Assembly (NCBI GenBank): GCA_030141605.1
Contig: JAQGDQ010000743.1
Span: 39,185 to 103,184 of the forward strand
Reading direction: 5' to 3'
Length of the DNA stretch: 64,000 nucleotides
Source: Tubiluchus corallicola
Lineage: Eukaryota; Animalia; Priapulida
The notes below the pieces were generated by a model. The model saw only the letters and a program-made list of their open reading frames with translations. It was not told the DNA's origin and did no database searches. How positions within the stretch are numbered: position 1 is the stretch's first letter; every line of letters begins with the position of its first letter. Below, piece by piece: positions 1-59,613 of this stretch. Both the position numbers and the translations under genes were made by a program.

Positions 1-226
1 AATATGTAGAGTGATTTAATAGCAGGATCTTGCTTGGGAACAAATGAACTAGGTAAAAAGAAAAAATGAACTAGGTAAGGTTCTAGCTAGCTGTTAAAAC
101 TGTTGCTATTACAATAGCTTGGGCTCCGAGGCGTTGTCAAGTGTACACAAATGCGTTGTCTGGTGCACTTAACCTTTGACCTTTTCACGATCATCATCAA
201 TCGCTGGAACTGTGAAACGGCTTATT
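1..226 (+). mobile_element. MITE family A, partial copy
   Basis: Right half of the ~390-bp element, ends aactgtgaaacggcttatt. Confidence 0.85.
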
Positions 227-350
227 CTGATTTTTGAAACGTGGCTTTGCGAAATAGCTACGCTGGCTTCTTTGTTAAGAAACTTGGGTAAATGTTGCGT
301 ATGATGTAGCCAATGAACTACTTGTTTTTAATTTTTTATTTCGTTTTCAG

Positions 351-45601
<45,251 letters not shown>

Positions 45602-45654
45602 GCAGGAAGTCGTGTGAACACTGCTTTCAAATTCTTTGGGTACTTGTCCTTTAT

Positions 45655-45660
45655 AATAAA
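45655..45660 (+). promoter_or_regulatory. Candidate polyadenylation signal AATAAA of Dscam A
   Basis: First AATAAA after the stop codon; common hexamer in AT-rich DNA. Confidence 0.35.
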
Positions 45661-45861
45661 ATACAATCTTGAAATTTAAAGATAGATAAATAATTTACGC
45701 ACATTTATTGTCCGCGTGTAAAGATATTTTTAAATTAAGACGTGCCTTCCTATTCTCAGACTTGCATGCCAAGCCTTGTCAGAATGTATTAAAAATACAC
45801 TTTTCCATATCATAATGATATCTATTGTTATTGAACGGCAGTTTATGTAAATTGTAAATAT

Positions 45862-46170
45862 CGTGTGTGTTGGGGTGCGCAGTCGTGTGTGCATGCGTGT
45901 TGGGTGCGCAGTCATGTGTGCATGCGTTTTGGGGTGCGCAGTCGTGTGTGCATGCGTGTTGGGGTGTGCAGTCGTGTGTGCGTGCGTGTTGGGGTGCGCA
46001 ATCATGTGCGTATGCGTGTTGGAGTGCCCAGTCGTGTGTGCGTGCGTGTTGGGGTGCCCCGTCGTGTGTGCGTGCGTGTTGGGGTGCGCAGTCGTGTGTG
46101 CGTGCGTGTTGGGGTGTATGTGTATGTGTGCATGCTGAGGTGCGCAGTCGTGTGTGCGTGCGTGCGAGTG
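45862..46170. repeat. Minisatellite, 30-bp GT-rich unit
   Basis: ggggtgcgcagtcgtgtgtgcgtgcgtgtt. Confidence 0.9.
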
Positions 46171-46461
46171 CGTCAAATCTTATTTTGTGTTTTAGGTCTA
46201 AATATCGTGTTTATTTCTATTAAAATTCAAGTGACGAGAAAACAGGATTCGTACGTGTAAAAATGCATCAAGAAAGATAGCAGTTCTTTAGTTTATTATT
46301 TATTTATTAAATATATTATTTATATTATATTGTTTTTACATACTAGAAAAAAGAACAGTTGGAAAAATACTGATAGAAGTAGAGATTATAATTGTTAAAC
46401 ACGATTTTATTTACAATAAGTCTTTAGTAAGAACGTCTTAACAAATGGGGGAAAAAGAATC

Positions 46462-46854
46462 AATAAGCCTTTTCACGGTTCCAGCTAGTGATGATGATCG
46501 TGAAAAGGTCAAAGGTTACGTGTACCAGACAACACATTTGTGTACACTTGACAACGCCTCTCAGCTTATGCTGTTGTAATAGAAACAGTTTTAACATCTA
46601 GCTAGAGCCTTACCTAGTTCATTTTTCTTGTTTCCAAGCAAGATACTGCTAGTAAATCACTCTATGTTCAGACTAATGCATAATTAAGTAAAGTCCACGT
46701 AAACAATTGAAATTACTGAACTGATGCGCCAGTCGGTTTTGCTTTACACACTTATCACGTAACGGTTGTAGTTAAGACGCGTTGCTGTAGCAACCTCAAC
46801 CTTTGACTTACTGCAACTGCGCGTGCGCACAACGAAACTGTGAAAAGGCCTATT
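46462..46854 (-). mobile_element. MITE family A copy (between the genes)
   Basis: Same TIRs and body. Confidence 0.9.
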
Positions 46855-48345
46855 GGGTACAAGTCGCTTGGTGATTGGCTCAGTATGAAATGCGTTTATC
46901 ACGTGATGTTCCTAATTCAAATCCAACCAGTAATTAATGATTTTTGTGTAATCGCTTGTTTTGTACAGCAAAAATAAAAGTCTAGAACAACAGCTAATGT
47001 TGTATTCAGCTATACTTTTACGATGCAAAGTGAGGAGCATTAATAAGAAAGCTTGTTTTCAAATCAAGACTTTCTGTAAAAGCGCTGAACGTAATTACAT
47101 CACACAGTCATCTACATCATAAGTAATAATGGAGTAAACGCAGTGGTACGTGTTACGTTTTGACTGATTGAAAACTGTTATTTTGGAACAAAGTCCATAT
47201 TACAACACAATTCAAATCATAGTTAACAAACATACATTATACATATAAATCAAAATAGCAATTATCGGTTAGTAATTTCTCACAATTAAACAGTTAATTA
47301 ATTATTTACGATATTTACAACTTTGCTTTATTGGGCTACAGTATATAGGCATTTATTCCAATGCTTATACAACCTAGATATAAATAAACATCACTGTTAA
47401 ATATATTACTTATTAATTCATTGTAAGCGGCGGCGGATACAGGCTTTAGAAAAAGGGTGGGCCCAGCGAAAAAGCAGCTAGGGGGTCTGGGGAATCAATG
47501 TATTTTACTGAATTTTAGACCATTTTTCTTACTGTTTCCTCCAGCAAATTCAATAGTTTAAAACTCATTTTGTCACCTCAAACTTTTGAGTCTTAATTAC
47601 ACACCAGTATACTAGTATACACACTAGTATAGCATATAATTGCACACAGCAAGATGTTTGTCAAAACTTCAATTATCACTTAAAGGGCACAAACGTTTTT
47701 ACACTGAAATCATTAATGCAGAACTTTTTACTCGATATGAGTCTTTAAAAGCTACCACTGAACGTTCTAAATCCAGAGAACGTATTCACTTGGTGTGCTG
47801 TAACTGGTACTATGAAAGAGGCCCAGGCCCCTTGGACCTACCCCCTAAATCCGCCACTGATCAGTGTCAATAGCTGGTGTTAAATAGATCCTCTATAATA
47901 AAATCAAAATATGGTAAATTAAGGTCTGTACACATTTGTCTAGCCGAGCAGTCATAAGGTAGATTAAACAAAATTCTGATCCCTTTATTCTAAGCAACTT
48001 TAAAATTCCTCATACTGTAGTCATAAAAGTTATTCAATAATGCGGCACAGTAAAAGTTAGAGCCAAAAGCTTTGAACAAAGTTTGTTTGACTTCTGTACT
48101 ACAATTAGAAAAAATATCAAATTAATTTGTTTGATCGTATGTAGAACCAAACGACACTGTCGGTCAGTATCCGTATTATCTGTTTTATCAGTTGTTAAAA
48201 GATGACCTACGTACATTTCTTCTGTGCAAGACTTAATGATATTAGTTTCTGCTTAAATTTCCTGTGGGGAATTTAGTATAATTTAACAGTTTGAAGGTTA
48301 GAAGTTTTGTTTTTGTATAGTTCATCTTAATATCATGTTGATTTT

Positions 48346-48880
48346 AGTTCATTGACTACTTCATTGACTACCTTGTTGACTACTTCATTGGCTACCTCGT
48401 TGACTACTTCCTTGACTACCTCACTGACTACTTCATTGACTACTTCATTGACTACTTCATTGACTACCTCGTTGACTACTTCATTGACTACCTCATTGAC
48501 TACTTCATTGACCACCTCACTGACTCTTCATTGACTACTTCATTGACTACCTCATTGACTACTTCATTGACTACCTCATTGACTACTTCATTGACTACCT
48601 CACTGACTACCTCACTAACTACTTCATTGATTACTTCATTGACTACTTCACTGACTCTTCATTGACTACTTGATTGACTACCTCACTGACTACTTCATTG
48701 ACTATCTCACTGACTGCTTCATTGACTACCGCACTGACTACTTCATTGACTACTTGTTTGACTACATCACTGACTACTTCACTGACTACTTCATTGACTA
48801 CTTCATTGACTACTTCATTGACTATTTCTTTGACCACTTCTTTGACTACTTCATTGAGTACCTCATTGACTACTTCATTT
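48346..48880. repeat. Minisatellite, 12-bp unit
   Basis: gactacttcatt. Confidence 0.92.
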
Positions 48881-49049
48881 ACTAGGATTCATTTACTATG
48901 TACATTTTCATAAACGAATGACAGATTCACTAATTGGAAAACAAAATCCTCAGCAATGCTTACACGAGGCTTCATTCACTTGAGACTTAATTAATCAATG
49001 TTAACGATTTGACACATTAATGTCATACAGCTTTCAGTTATTTTGGACG

Positions 49050-49131
49050 TCAGACAACTGTGAATTCTTCCATGTATTCTCCCGTTTCTGATTCAGTTCG
49101 AAATGTCGGCGTTTTTACTTGAAGATTTTGC
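49050..49131 (-). CDS. Dscam: Dscam B terminal coding exon (...GEYMEEFTVV*), class I PDZ-binding motif
   Basis: tttgcag acceptor, TGA at 49052-49050; matches gene A YTQEFTIV. Confidence 0.9.
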
Positions 49132-52100
49132 CTGCAAATTGCAAATGAAACTTTCCACAAGTTGACATGAACGAAACGGATGCACATTTGACTTAACATT
49201 GATACAAGAGTTGGGTTGATACGTCACAATTTATGCTGCACATTCATCACCAAGAGTGAAATTTGCTACCACCTCTCCCCAAATACCACAGCTGCAAAAT
49301 GGACTAAGAATATCATGGCAACAACAGCGACAACAATAGTAGCAGCAGCACCCGCAACAGCAGCAGCAGCAACAACAACAACAGCAACTACAACAGCAAC
49401 AACAACAACAACTACTACTACTACTACTACTACAACAACAACAACATCATTGGCATTATTAATTTTATCAGAATTAAACATTTCCGTTCTGTGGCGCCAC
49501 CTGTCCAAAATTATTAAAATTAACTAGAACTAAGCAAGCAGGTGAGCAGTTAATACCTGATGTATGGTTACGTTGGAACTGTAAAATATTCGTCGGAGAG
49601 AAATCACGTATTAAACTTTAAAAGTCAATTGAAGCTACATATTGAAGTTGTCTGAATTTTTTTATGGTAGTTTATAGACGAAACAAGCAGCAGCAGCAGC
49701 AGAAGCAACAACAACAGCAACACCACCAACAACAACAACAATAGTAACTGTCACAAAGCACAGAAGCTGTATTATGACATTCGTAATTTTTTTAGAAATA
49801 AGGCCCTATAAAGTCTGAGTACTATAAACTTCTTTACTAGAGTGTCTTCTATGTAAATTATTGACAAAAATTACAATTTATACCGTGATAATGGCAGCGT
49901 CCCTGATTTACTAATTGGTGTTATTCCTCTTTGCAAATACAACTCTGTGTTACCTAAAAAACAAGCTCAGGTGATTATAACATCCCAGAATGCAATAGCC
50001 GAGTATTACACGTGAGCTTTCAAGGTTGAATCAGAAAGGAAATTGTCCACCAGAACAAGAACAACAATGCAAGCAAGTACTGTTCATGTGATTCTGCAAT
50101 GCAGAAAACCCGTCTAACGTAAAACTTAATTTGCAAGCTCATTGCGTATACTAAATAATTGTTACTTTTTTGTCCTGTGATGAGCAATCAACACAAGTCA
50201 TATTTAGATATTTATTAAGGCCCCTATAACCCCATCAAACTTTGAAGTACTTTAACGCATTATTATGATCACACAAAGAATTCATAGTTATTATTAAACA
50301 AAAGAGACTTATAAATTAAATAACTTGCGTTTTTCTGGTGAATTTAGAATGCGTGCATTGCTGTAAAGATCGCCATGTTTTGCATCTTTGGCGCGAGTGA
50401 GCGAGAATGACGTAAGAGGTACAGAAAGCGTCTTTGGTTACCGATGTTTATCCACCGATCTTTGGTGACCTCGTAACTGCACTCCTTACGTCATTCATTC
50501 GCGCAACGAAAAATGGCGCTCATTAAAATTGAATACCGCCAACAACGAAGTGATAGAAATCAAAAGAAACAAATTTTACAGTAAGTTTATGACAAAATAA
50601 ATTGATTATTTGTAAACAGAGTAGGATTTTAAGTTGCAAAAGCTTATTATTATAGCCAGTGGTTAGTTTAACTTTAAGCTCACAACAGTAAACCCGTAGA
50701 AGAAAATTTGATTTAACGGATATAGATTATTTGATTCCTAGATAGCTGAGAATTCGATATTTTAAGTGAATGAAAGATTGATGGAAGAAAAGACTCTCTT
50801 GCTTGGTGTATTCGCCCTATTTCGTTTATTAATAAAAAATGGAAAAACAAAGTCACGGTATACATTTAGTAATTATAACAAAAAACTCAATTCTAGCAGA
50901 AAACAGAATTTGGTTCTACTTTCCACATTTTATATTCATCCCCCTAAGTATAAAATAATCCGTAAGCACATTAATTAGGTTCAAAACGTTTCAAATTACT
51001 AATTATTAGGAAACTGACAATTTAATTTTTGCTTATTTTTGAGAAAGGCACAAGAAAATTAAATTACAGTGTCTTGAAATGAATTTAACAAATTTAAAGC
51101 CAATTTACCTCTTGCGTAAGATCATTTTAAGTCGTGTGAAAATTTCAATTACTTTGCATTATTTAAAGGGGTGTGTAGCAAAATTTCAGAGATGTACCAC
51201 ATCAATAATCATAATCAACTCAGGGGCGACATAACACTGATGGCAACAGTGATGCTAATTATTTTCTCAATCAAAACAACGTCAATTTCAAACAACAAGT
51301 AAAGGAGCTTACTTGCATCAAACGTGTTTGGAGAAATGCTTTCGGGAGCTGATAGAGACGTGTTCTGATAAAGAGCTTGTTTGGCTTCATCGCATGAGTT
51401 TGGTGTTATACAGAGATCACTGGAGGAGCTATCTGCGGGCCTGCCTTCTCTTTTTCTACAACAACAATTGTTATTTATTGAATTTCTCTCGTACGCAAAG
51501 TACAGTGATTCCTAATTAAAATAGGCAACATACATAAAAAGATTGAAAAAGATAAAATACAATATTAAAAACATGCACGAACTATAAACATGTTTACAAG
51601 AGAAAATTAATATGTAGCCAATTAATTTAAAACACATTATTATTAAAAATGCAGGTGTTTGGACAAATGTAAAATTAATTTCCCTGCCATCACAACTCCT
51701 GTGCGTAATTGTATCACGCAAATTTTTAATCATGGTAATTGATTCATGTTGATTATTCTGCACACAGTTCAAGAAAATTACGAATGACTACATATTTGAC
51801 TGATTTTTTAGTTGAGTTACCAATTATTAAATCATAATTATATATTAAGTTCCAAACATTCTTCCAAAACTCGGAATACCCACGATAATAATGATTTACA
51901 ATATACTTAGTGAAAATATTTCTTGACTTTAACTGTCTCGTTGCAAAATTAATTGTTCTCTGTTCTCATTACGCTTATGAAATTGATTGTTCTTTGTTCC
52001 CAATATACTTGTGAAATTAACTGTTCTCTGTTCCCAATATACTTGTGAAATTAATTGTTTTCTGTTCCCAATATACTTGTGAAATTAATTGTTCTCTGTT

Positions 52101-55100
52101 CCCAATATACTTGTGAAATTAATTGTTCTCTGTTCCCAATATACTTGTGAAATTGATTGTTCACTGTTCCCAATATACTTGTGAAATTGAATTGTTCTCT
52201 GTTCCCAATATACTTGTGAAATTAATTGTTCTCTGTTCCCAATATACTTGTGAAATTAATTGTTCTCTGTTCCCAATATACTTGTGAAATTAATTGTTCT
52301 CTGTTCCCAATATACTTGTGAAATTGATTGTTCACTGTTCCCAATATACTTGTGAAATTGATTGTTCTTTGTTCCAAATATACTTGTGAAATTGAATTGT
52401 TCTCTGTTCCCAATATACTAGTGAAATTGATTGTTCACTGTTCCCAATATACTTGTGAAATTGATTGATCTTTGTTCCAAATATACTTGTGAAATTGAAT
52501 TGTTCTCTGTTCCCAATATACTTGTGAAATTGATTGTTCACTGTTCTCAACATACTTGTGAAATTAATTGTTCTTTGTTCCCAATATACTTGTGAAATTG
52601 AATTGTTCTCTGTTCCAAATATACTTGTGAAATTGATTGTTCACTGTTCCCAATATACTTATGGAATTGATTCCTCACTGTTCCCAATATACTTGGGAAA
52701 TTAGTTGTTCTTTGTTCCCAAAATACTTACGAAACTAATTGTTCTCTCTTCCAAATATACTTGTGAAATTAATTGTTCTCTGTTCTTACTATACTTTGAA
52801 CGGAAAAGCACTGCAGTATTTACGTTGCTACTTGGATACAATTTTTCTGGCAGGGCATTATTGTGGAAAGCCACGGCACGGTTACGGAAAGCAACGACAC
52901 GCTTACGAAAACTCACGCAGTTCACAGTTATGCCATAATTTTCAAGTGAACGGAGGTTACCACCATGCCTGAAAATTTCTATACAGCAATATAAATTAAT
53001 GTTATGTGACCATTAATATATCATGTCAACACCATCTGTTATCTACCAAAGTAACTCCACTGAGCGCAACATTTTAATATTTAGCCACAGTTAGTTTGTA
53101 CGACGTAATTGTTACCTTTGTGAAGACTGACTAGGCCGAGTTTTGCGTACAGCGGTATCATGACTTCGATTACGTTTCGGCCGCTTCTCAAATACAGTTT
53201 GAGTGTCTGTCGTATCACTGGAGGAACTGGGCCTTCCTCGTAGCGCTCCATCTACATTAATTATAGCAGAAATAATTATTAATTATGGTTAAATCACTGC
53301 CAAGATCTGTGTCAGTTATCACTTGAAATTACGAAACAAAAGAATTTGATCCAAAACACAATGTGACCATATAAAGACCCTTGGAATAATCCTTTTCACA
53401 GTTCCAGCGATTGACGATGATGTCAGAGCTTAAGTGTACCAGACAATGAATGTATTCGTGTACACTTGACAATGCCTCGCAGCCCATGCTATTGTAATAG
53501 TAACAGTTTTAAACAGCTTGCTAGAACATTTACCCAGTCCATTTTTTTCTTGTTCTCAAGCAAGATCCGGCTAGTAAATCATTCTACGTACAGAGTAATG
53601 CATAGTTAAGTAAAGTACACGTAAAACAACTGACGTTACTGAACTGATGCGGCAGACGACTTTGTTTTACTCACACGTCACGTGACGGTTGTAGTTAAGA
53701 CGCGTTGCTGTGGTACACTTTGCCTTTGACTTACAGCAACTGCGCGTGCGCACAACGAAACTGTGAAACTGGGATTAGGAGTTAGCATCGAACGTTCGAG
53801 TTATAGATTATAGATCCAAAAATTACAGATTCGAATAATTCAGCAACTACACGCGTTTGTTATGAAGCAAAAACAAACACAAGCAATATGCATTATCTCT
53901 GTGAAACCGGTTTTTAAACTGAATTCTAGTTGGGACTCAAAAATGCTGAAATTCGGTCTGATTCGAGTTCGAAGGTCGCAAGTTCGATTCGATTCGAATT
54001 TACTTTCTGGTAGACAATTCTCAATTGCTCACCTCTCTGCATATGAGCTAAGAAAAAACTTTACGAATACGAAAAAGCTCTCTTTTATTTTTTTTATAAT
54101 TTTCAAAGGACGTTATTGATCTACTGGAGTTTTTACAGTATCTAGTTAATAAAAGCAACAATTCTTCACCCTTTGATTTTAAAATGTGTAATCTAAAACA
54201 TTAATAATTTCATTTTCATTACGCTAATTGCAGTTGGACATATACAAGCCTTTGGAACTTAAAGGACAAGAACAGGGGCACCTGAAGTAGATTTCAGAAA
54301 AATCGCCTTTAAAAATTATATTACTTTATAGCAATTTTATGCGTATATCGTACTTGCGTTGAAAGGATTAATACTTTGTTTTCATTTTAAATCTCCCGCA
54401 ATACTGTTCCGACCGCGCCATTACATGACGTCATATACGCACAGCGTAAATCAGGGGAAGAAAAGGAAATGTTAAATTATGTCCCAAAAAACTTTCCATG
54501 CAAATCTATATTACTTGGCATTTCGCTTACCTGCTGGAAAGACTTACGTAACTAGAAAAGAAAATTATTAATTACTTAAAATGTTTTCAGCAAATTGGTA
54601 AAATGTAGCTGATTCACTCCGGGGTGCACCACTCATTAACCAAAAAACGTATTTTTAACTTTTTTGACAAGACACAGTAATTTTAAATTTTATTTAGTTA
54701 GTGACATGTGTGCTACGAATGCTCTGATTATTTTTTTAAACTTTACTCAGTGTTATCTAAACTTGTTTTAAAAGACTTATCATCAAAATGGCTGCGTCTA
54801 AGGGTCATCGCGAGAGTTTAAATTTACAGTAATGTTTTACACAGCGTTACTGCTGGCGCAAGCTCTGTATCCGAAAAGGCAGTACGTAACTGGTATAAAA
54901 TTTCAAGACGAACTTTTTTAAGCTTTATGTAAGTGGAGGTTTTTCTTGTGCTTGAATACTTTTTAGCATAGTTTATTTACATACCGTTATAAGCAGCCGT
55001 GATACAACTGCTTTCTCTTTTCTCGTTGGCTTTGGGAGGTGACTGGGTGAAGCGAACTAATTCCGGACTGTCAACCATTTCCGGTACGAGGCCTGGCAAC

Positions 55101-58100
55101 TCATGAATGGTCGACGGATGTTGTTTGAAGTTCTCATAAGCATCTCGAAGTTCATCATAGTTGGAAGAGCACATGCTAGTTGTCGCTATGTAAGTCGAAC
55201 CACGAGGTAGAACATCTGCTTCTGCTAAATGATAATACATGTGACGTCAAGAAAGAATATTTGTTTAAAGGAAAAGTCAAGCCTTCTAGGAAGTTAGGCT
55301 TATTTCAATGTTCGCGAAAAATGTTTGAAGGATTTAGTAATAAAACTGCAATAAGCGCCTCTTGTAATTAGTAAAATTACTTTAAAGTCGCGATCACTTC
55401 ATGCTTGGGCGCTCCCATTTTCAAAGACCATTCTTCTTCCAATGATGTCATTCGTCTTGAAGAAAACTAGCGCATTGTCAATCTTCATCAAAAGTAAAAC
55501 AAATTTTTACAAAAAAATAGATAGCTAATTTCGTATTATTTTTGTGGCAACATTAGGTAAGCTGCAGAAGTTTGAATTAGTTTAAGTAGCACGTGCTTAC
55601 GGAAAGCCACGACGCGCTTACGAAAAGTCACGAAGTCACACAGTTACGTCATTTTCAAGTGAATGGCGTAAAAAAGGCGTTCACAACGCCTGAAAATTTC
55701 TATTCAGAGAAAGTATATTTTAAATTTATGCTTTGTAGGCAGTTCTTAGTTTAAGTGATAACAGTAAAATAAGCCCAACATACTGAGTGACTTGTTCTTT
55801 CCTTTAGCACGCCACAAAGAGTTTAAGTGATAACAGTAAAATAAACCCAACGTACTGAGTGACTTGTTCTTTCCTTTAGCACACCACAAACAGTTTAAGC
55901 GATAACAGTAAAATAAACCCGACATACTGAGTGACTTGTTCTTTCCTTTAGCACACCACAAACAGTTTAAGCGACAACAGTAAAATAAACCCAACATACT
56001 GAGTGACTTGTTCTTTCCTTTAGCACACCACGAACAGTTAAAGCGACAACAGTAAAATAAACCCGATATACTGAGTGACTTGTTCTTTCCTTTAGCACGC
56101 CACAAAGAGTTTAAGTGATAACAGTAAAATAAACCCAACGTACTGAGTGACTTGTTCTTTCCTTTAGCACACCACAAACAGTTTAAGCGACAACAGTAAA
56201 ATAAACCCGACATACTGAGTGACTTGTTTTTTTCCTTTAAATCATTAATATTTTTACAAAGAAAATTTACGAGCTATTTATCAGAAAAGCCCACAGACAG
56301 TCCCGCTAATGTGTATATAAGCTCCATGGAAACTTAACCACCACTTCAAACTTGCTCATCGAATACACGTACCTGAATTACGCTTTTTGGGATATAAAAT
56401 ATTCAAAGATTTTTGTGGTTCACGAAAAACTAAGTCTCTACTGTCAGCTTGAGTGAAAACTTCTGGTTGAGCAAAAACCAGATTCTGTTCATAGTTGCCG
56501 TTTCTTGTCAAAAGTTTAACTTGTATATCTACAAAATTAATGAAACGGTTATAGTATTAATAGTTAAAACTTAAAGAATAACAACAATAAAGACGACAGT
56601 GACGACGCCAATAGCGACAGCAGGAGGAGCAGCAGCTGCAGCAGCAACAACAACAATAATAACAACAGCAGCAGCAGCAACAACAACAGCAACAGCAGCA
56701 GCAACCACAACAGTAATAGCAGCAGCAACGACAACGACAACAACAAACAACACCAGCAACAACAGCAGCAAAAACAACAATAACAATAGCAACAACAACA
56801 ACAACAGCAACAACAACACCAAATTGCAAGAAGGAAAAATGAAAAAACACCTTCATAAAAAATAATATCGCCTCTTCTATAGCGATTAAATTATTGTTAT
56901 TCTTTCACTGGAAAACATGTTTTTTTATATATTTTTAATTACCAAATAAGTTGCACATTATATTTACCAAAACTTAGAAGTAATATTGTGGTATTCGTAT
57001 TTCTAAAAATACTCCCAGGTAAAATAAATTCAGATTTTTTCGTCAGAGTTATGCGGAGTTCAGACACAATTACAAACAATAAAAAACACATAAAATCACT
57101 AAACAAGCCTTTTCACAGTTCCAGCGATTGATGATGACCGTGAAAAGGTCAAAGGTTAAGTGTACCAGACAAAGCATTTGTGTACACTTGACAACGCCTC
57201 GTAGCTCAAGCTATTGTAATAGTAACAGTTTTAACAGCTAGGCAGAACCTTACCTAGTTCATTTTTCTTGTTCCCAATCAAGATCCTGCTAGTAAATCAC
57301 TCTACGCATAGACTAATGCATAATTAAGTAAAGTCCACGCAAAACAACTAAAGTTACTGAATTCATGCGGCAGGCGGCTTTGCTTACCCACATGCCACGT
57401 AACGGTTGTAGTTAAGACGCGCTGCTGAGGTACACTTAACCTTCGACCTACACCAAATGCGCGTGCGCACAATCAAACTGCGAAAAACCTTATTAAAAAA
57501 TACTATATTAAAAAGTTTGAAACGGTTTTGCACATCCAAAACGGATTCGAACTCGGACCTTCTCCCATACTTGTTACAACTACACATTTTTTACCTTTAC
57601 TAGGCGGCATGACATCGTTTGAATGCTCGTTTGCTGAATGCGTATAAAGCTGAGGTTGTTGTGGTCTTGCAGGCACAGCAGGGGGGACACCAACTCTTCC
57701 TTCTCTTCCAGAAAGGTCGTTAAGTACATTGTCATAAGGAGGCACAGCGGTTGAAGAGTGGTATATAGCTGAAGTGGCATAGGGATTAACCTCACTTTCT
57801 GCTATAACAATACAGCAATGCGTTTTAAATACAGCAGCGCAACAGTACAGGAAAATGAACATATTAGGCAATTTTTCTACTCTGTTCTGCTTTCTGTTTC
57901 TCTTGCAATCTCCCCCTCCTTATCCTCTACCTCTGTGTCTCTCTCTCTCTCTGTCTCTCTTTTTCTCTGTCTGTCTAATTGTCTAACTACCTGTCTGTCT
58001 GTTTGTCTGTCTGTGTGTGTCTGTCTGCCTGTTACTTTGTTTGCTTGTCTGTCTGTCTGTCTGTTTGTTTGTTTGTTTATTTGCTTGTTTGTCTCTCTGT

Positions 58101-59574
58101 CTGTTTGTCTATCTGTCTGCCTGCAAGCCAGCCTGCCTGTTTGTTTGTTTGTTTGTCTGTCCATCTATCTCTGTGTCTGTCTGCCTGTCTGTCTCTCTTT
58201 CCGTCTGTCTGTCCGTCTATCCATCCCTCCGTCCGTCTGTAGGTCAGTCCATCAGTTTGTTGATCTACCCGCCCATCCATCTGTCAATCCGTCTGCCCGT
58301 CCATCCGTCCATCCTTCCACCCATATATTCCATCCATCTAACTATCTGTGGATCTATCTACATATCTGCCTACCTACCCATTTTCGTCTTTTCTTCCCCT
58401 TTGTTTACCTGTCATCTGTTTCGGATTTTCTCTATTTACAGTGTCAAGCAAGTTGACTAGGTTAGGTTTGGAAAACAAAATAATGCTGTTTAGATGTGGC
58501 AACCGTGAAAGTGGTCAAATTTAGCTTGTACGAGAACTGAGAATGCAGTTATACACTATAAGAAGAAAGTAAAGCTATAATTAGACCAATTTCACAGTTC
58601 CAACCTATTTTATTAAAATGAGCTACAGCACATTCGTACTTTGTCCAGATTAACGGATTATCCAGATTATCTAAAGTACCTAACATGAAAAATATCAAGA
58701 GGAAACGTACCTTGTGGTATTCTGATATTTCCGTACGGTACAGGATGCCATCCGCGTGTGTTGGGTGCAGGTTTGGATATGGGATAATTGGTGACCTCAT
58801 CAGTTAACTCTTTCATTTTTCTTTCCCTATAATCTGCGATTAATGCTGTTTCCGCTGCGCAGTCATTTTTTGGTGTCTTGGAAGAATCTGAAATTGTTGA
58901 TTGAATTCTTCAGAGTAAATTTTAACTGTTAAAGGAAAACCGGACGATTGTGTAGACATTAGTTCAGAATGAAGTATGCTCTAAAATATTGACAACTACA
59001 TAGCCTTTTTTAAATCAAAGCTTAGATTAAATAATAATTACCTTGGATAATTAAATTTTGTTAAACTCAAATTTTTCAACTCTGCAAATCCACTAAGGCT
59101 GGTAGTGGTGTCTTTTAGTAACATCAGCACCTTATAGCAATCTTCGCTTACACAAACGTGCTTGAAGCGCAGGGAAGATGTCTACCATTGTACAAACTGT
59201 GGTTAATTTATGTCGTAAGCGATAGCTGTGTTCGCTTGCCGTTAATTAACTTTCCAAGGTAATTATTCGAATATAAGGAACAATGGTTAACTTTTACAGG
59301 CAAGAATATGTATATTTTGAGCAGTAAATTAAAATGAGATTGACTCTAATCAATCGTCTAGTTTTCCTTTGAAGAATTGTGGCAGGAGAATTCCCATAGA
59401 AAACATAATAATGTAGATACACTACATTCATCGAATTTGTTTTTGTATCAAACATTACACTTTGTGATATTTCAAAGAGACAAATACTGTCATTTTTTTG
59501 TTACAGGCACTTAACAAAATTTACAGTTAAAACACCACAACTTTATTAAAACTTTAAATTAAGAATGTTAAACT

Positions 59575-59613
<39 letters not shown>

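Noticed and set aside
55746-56213. Cys-rich repeated ORF resembling a zinc-finger or toxin protein
   Set aside because: It is the 72-bp tandem repeat inside a non-autonomous transposon
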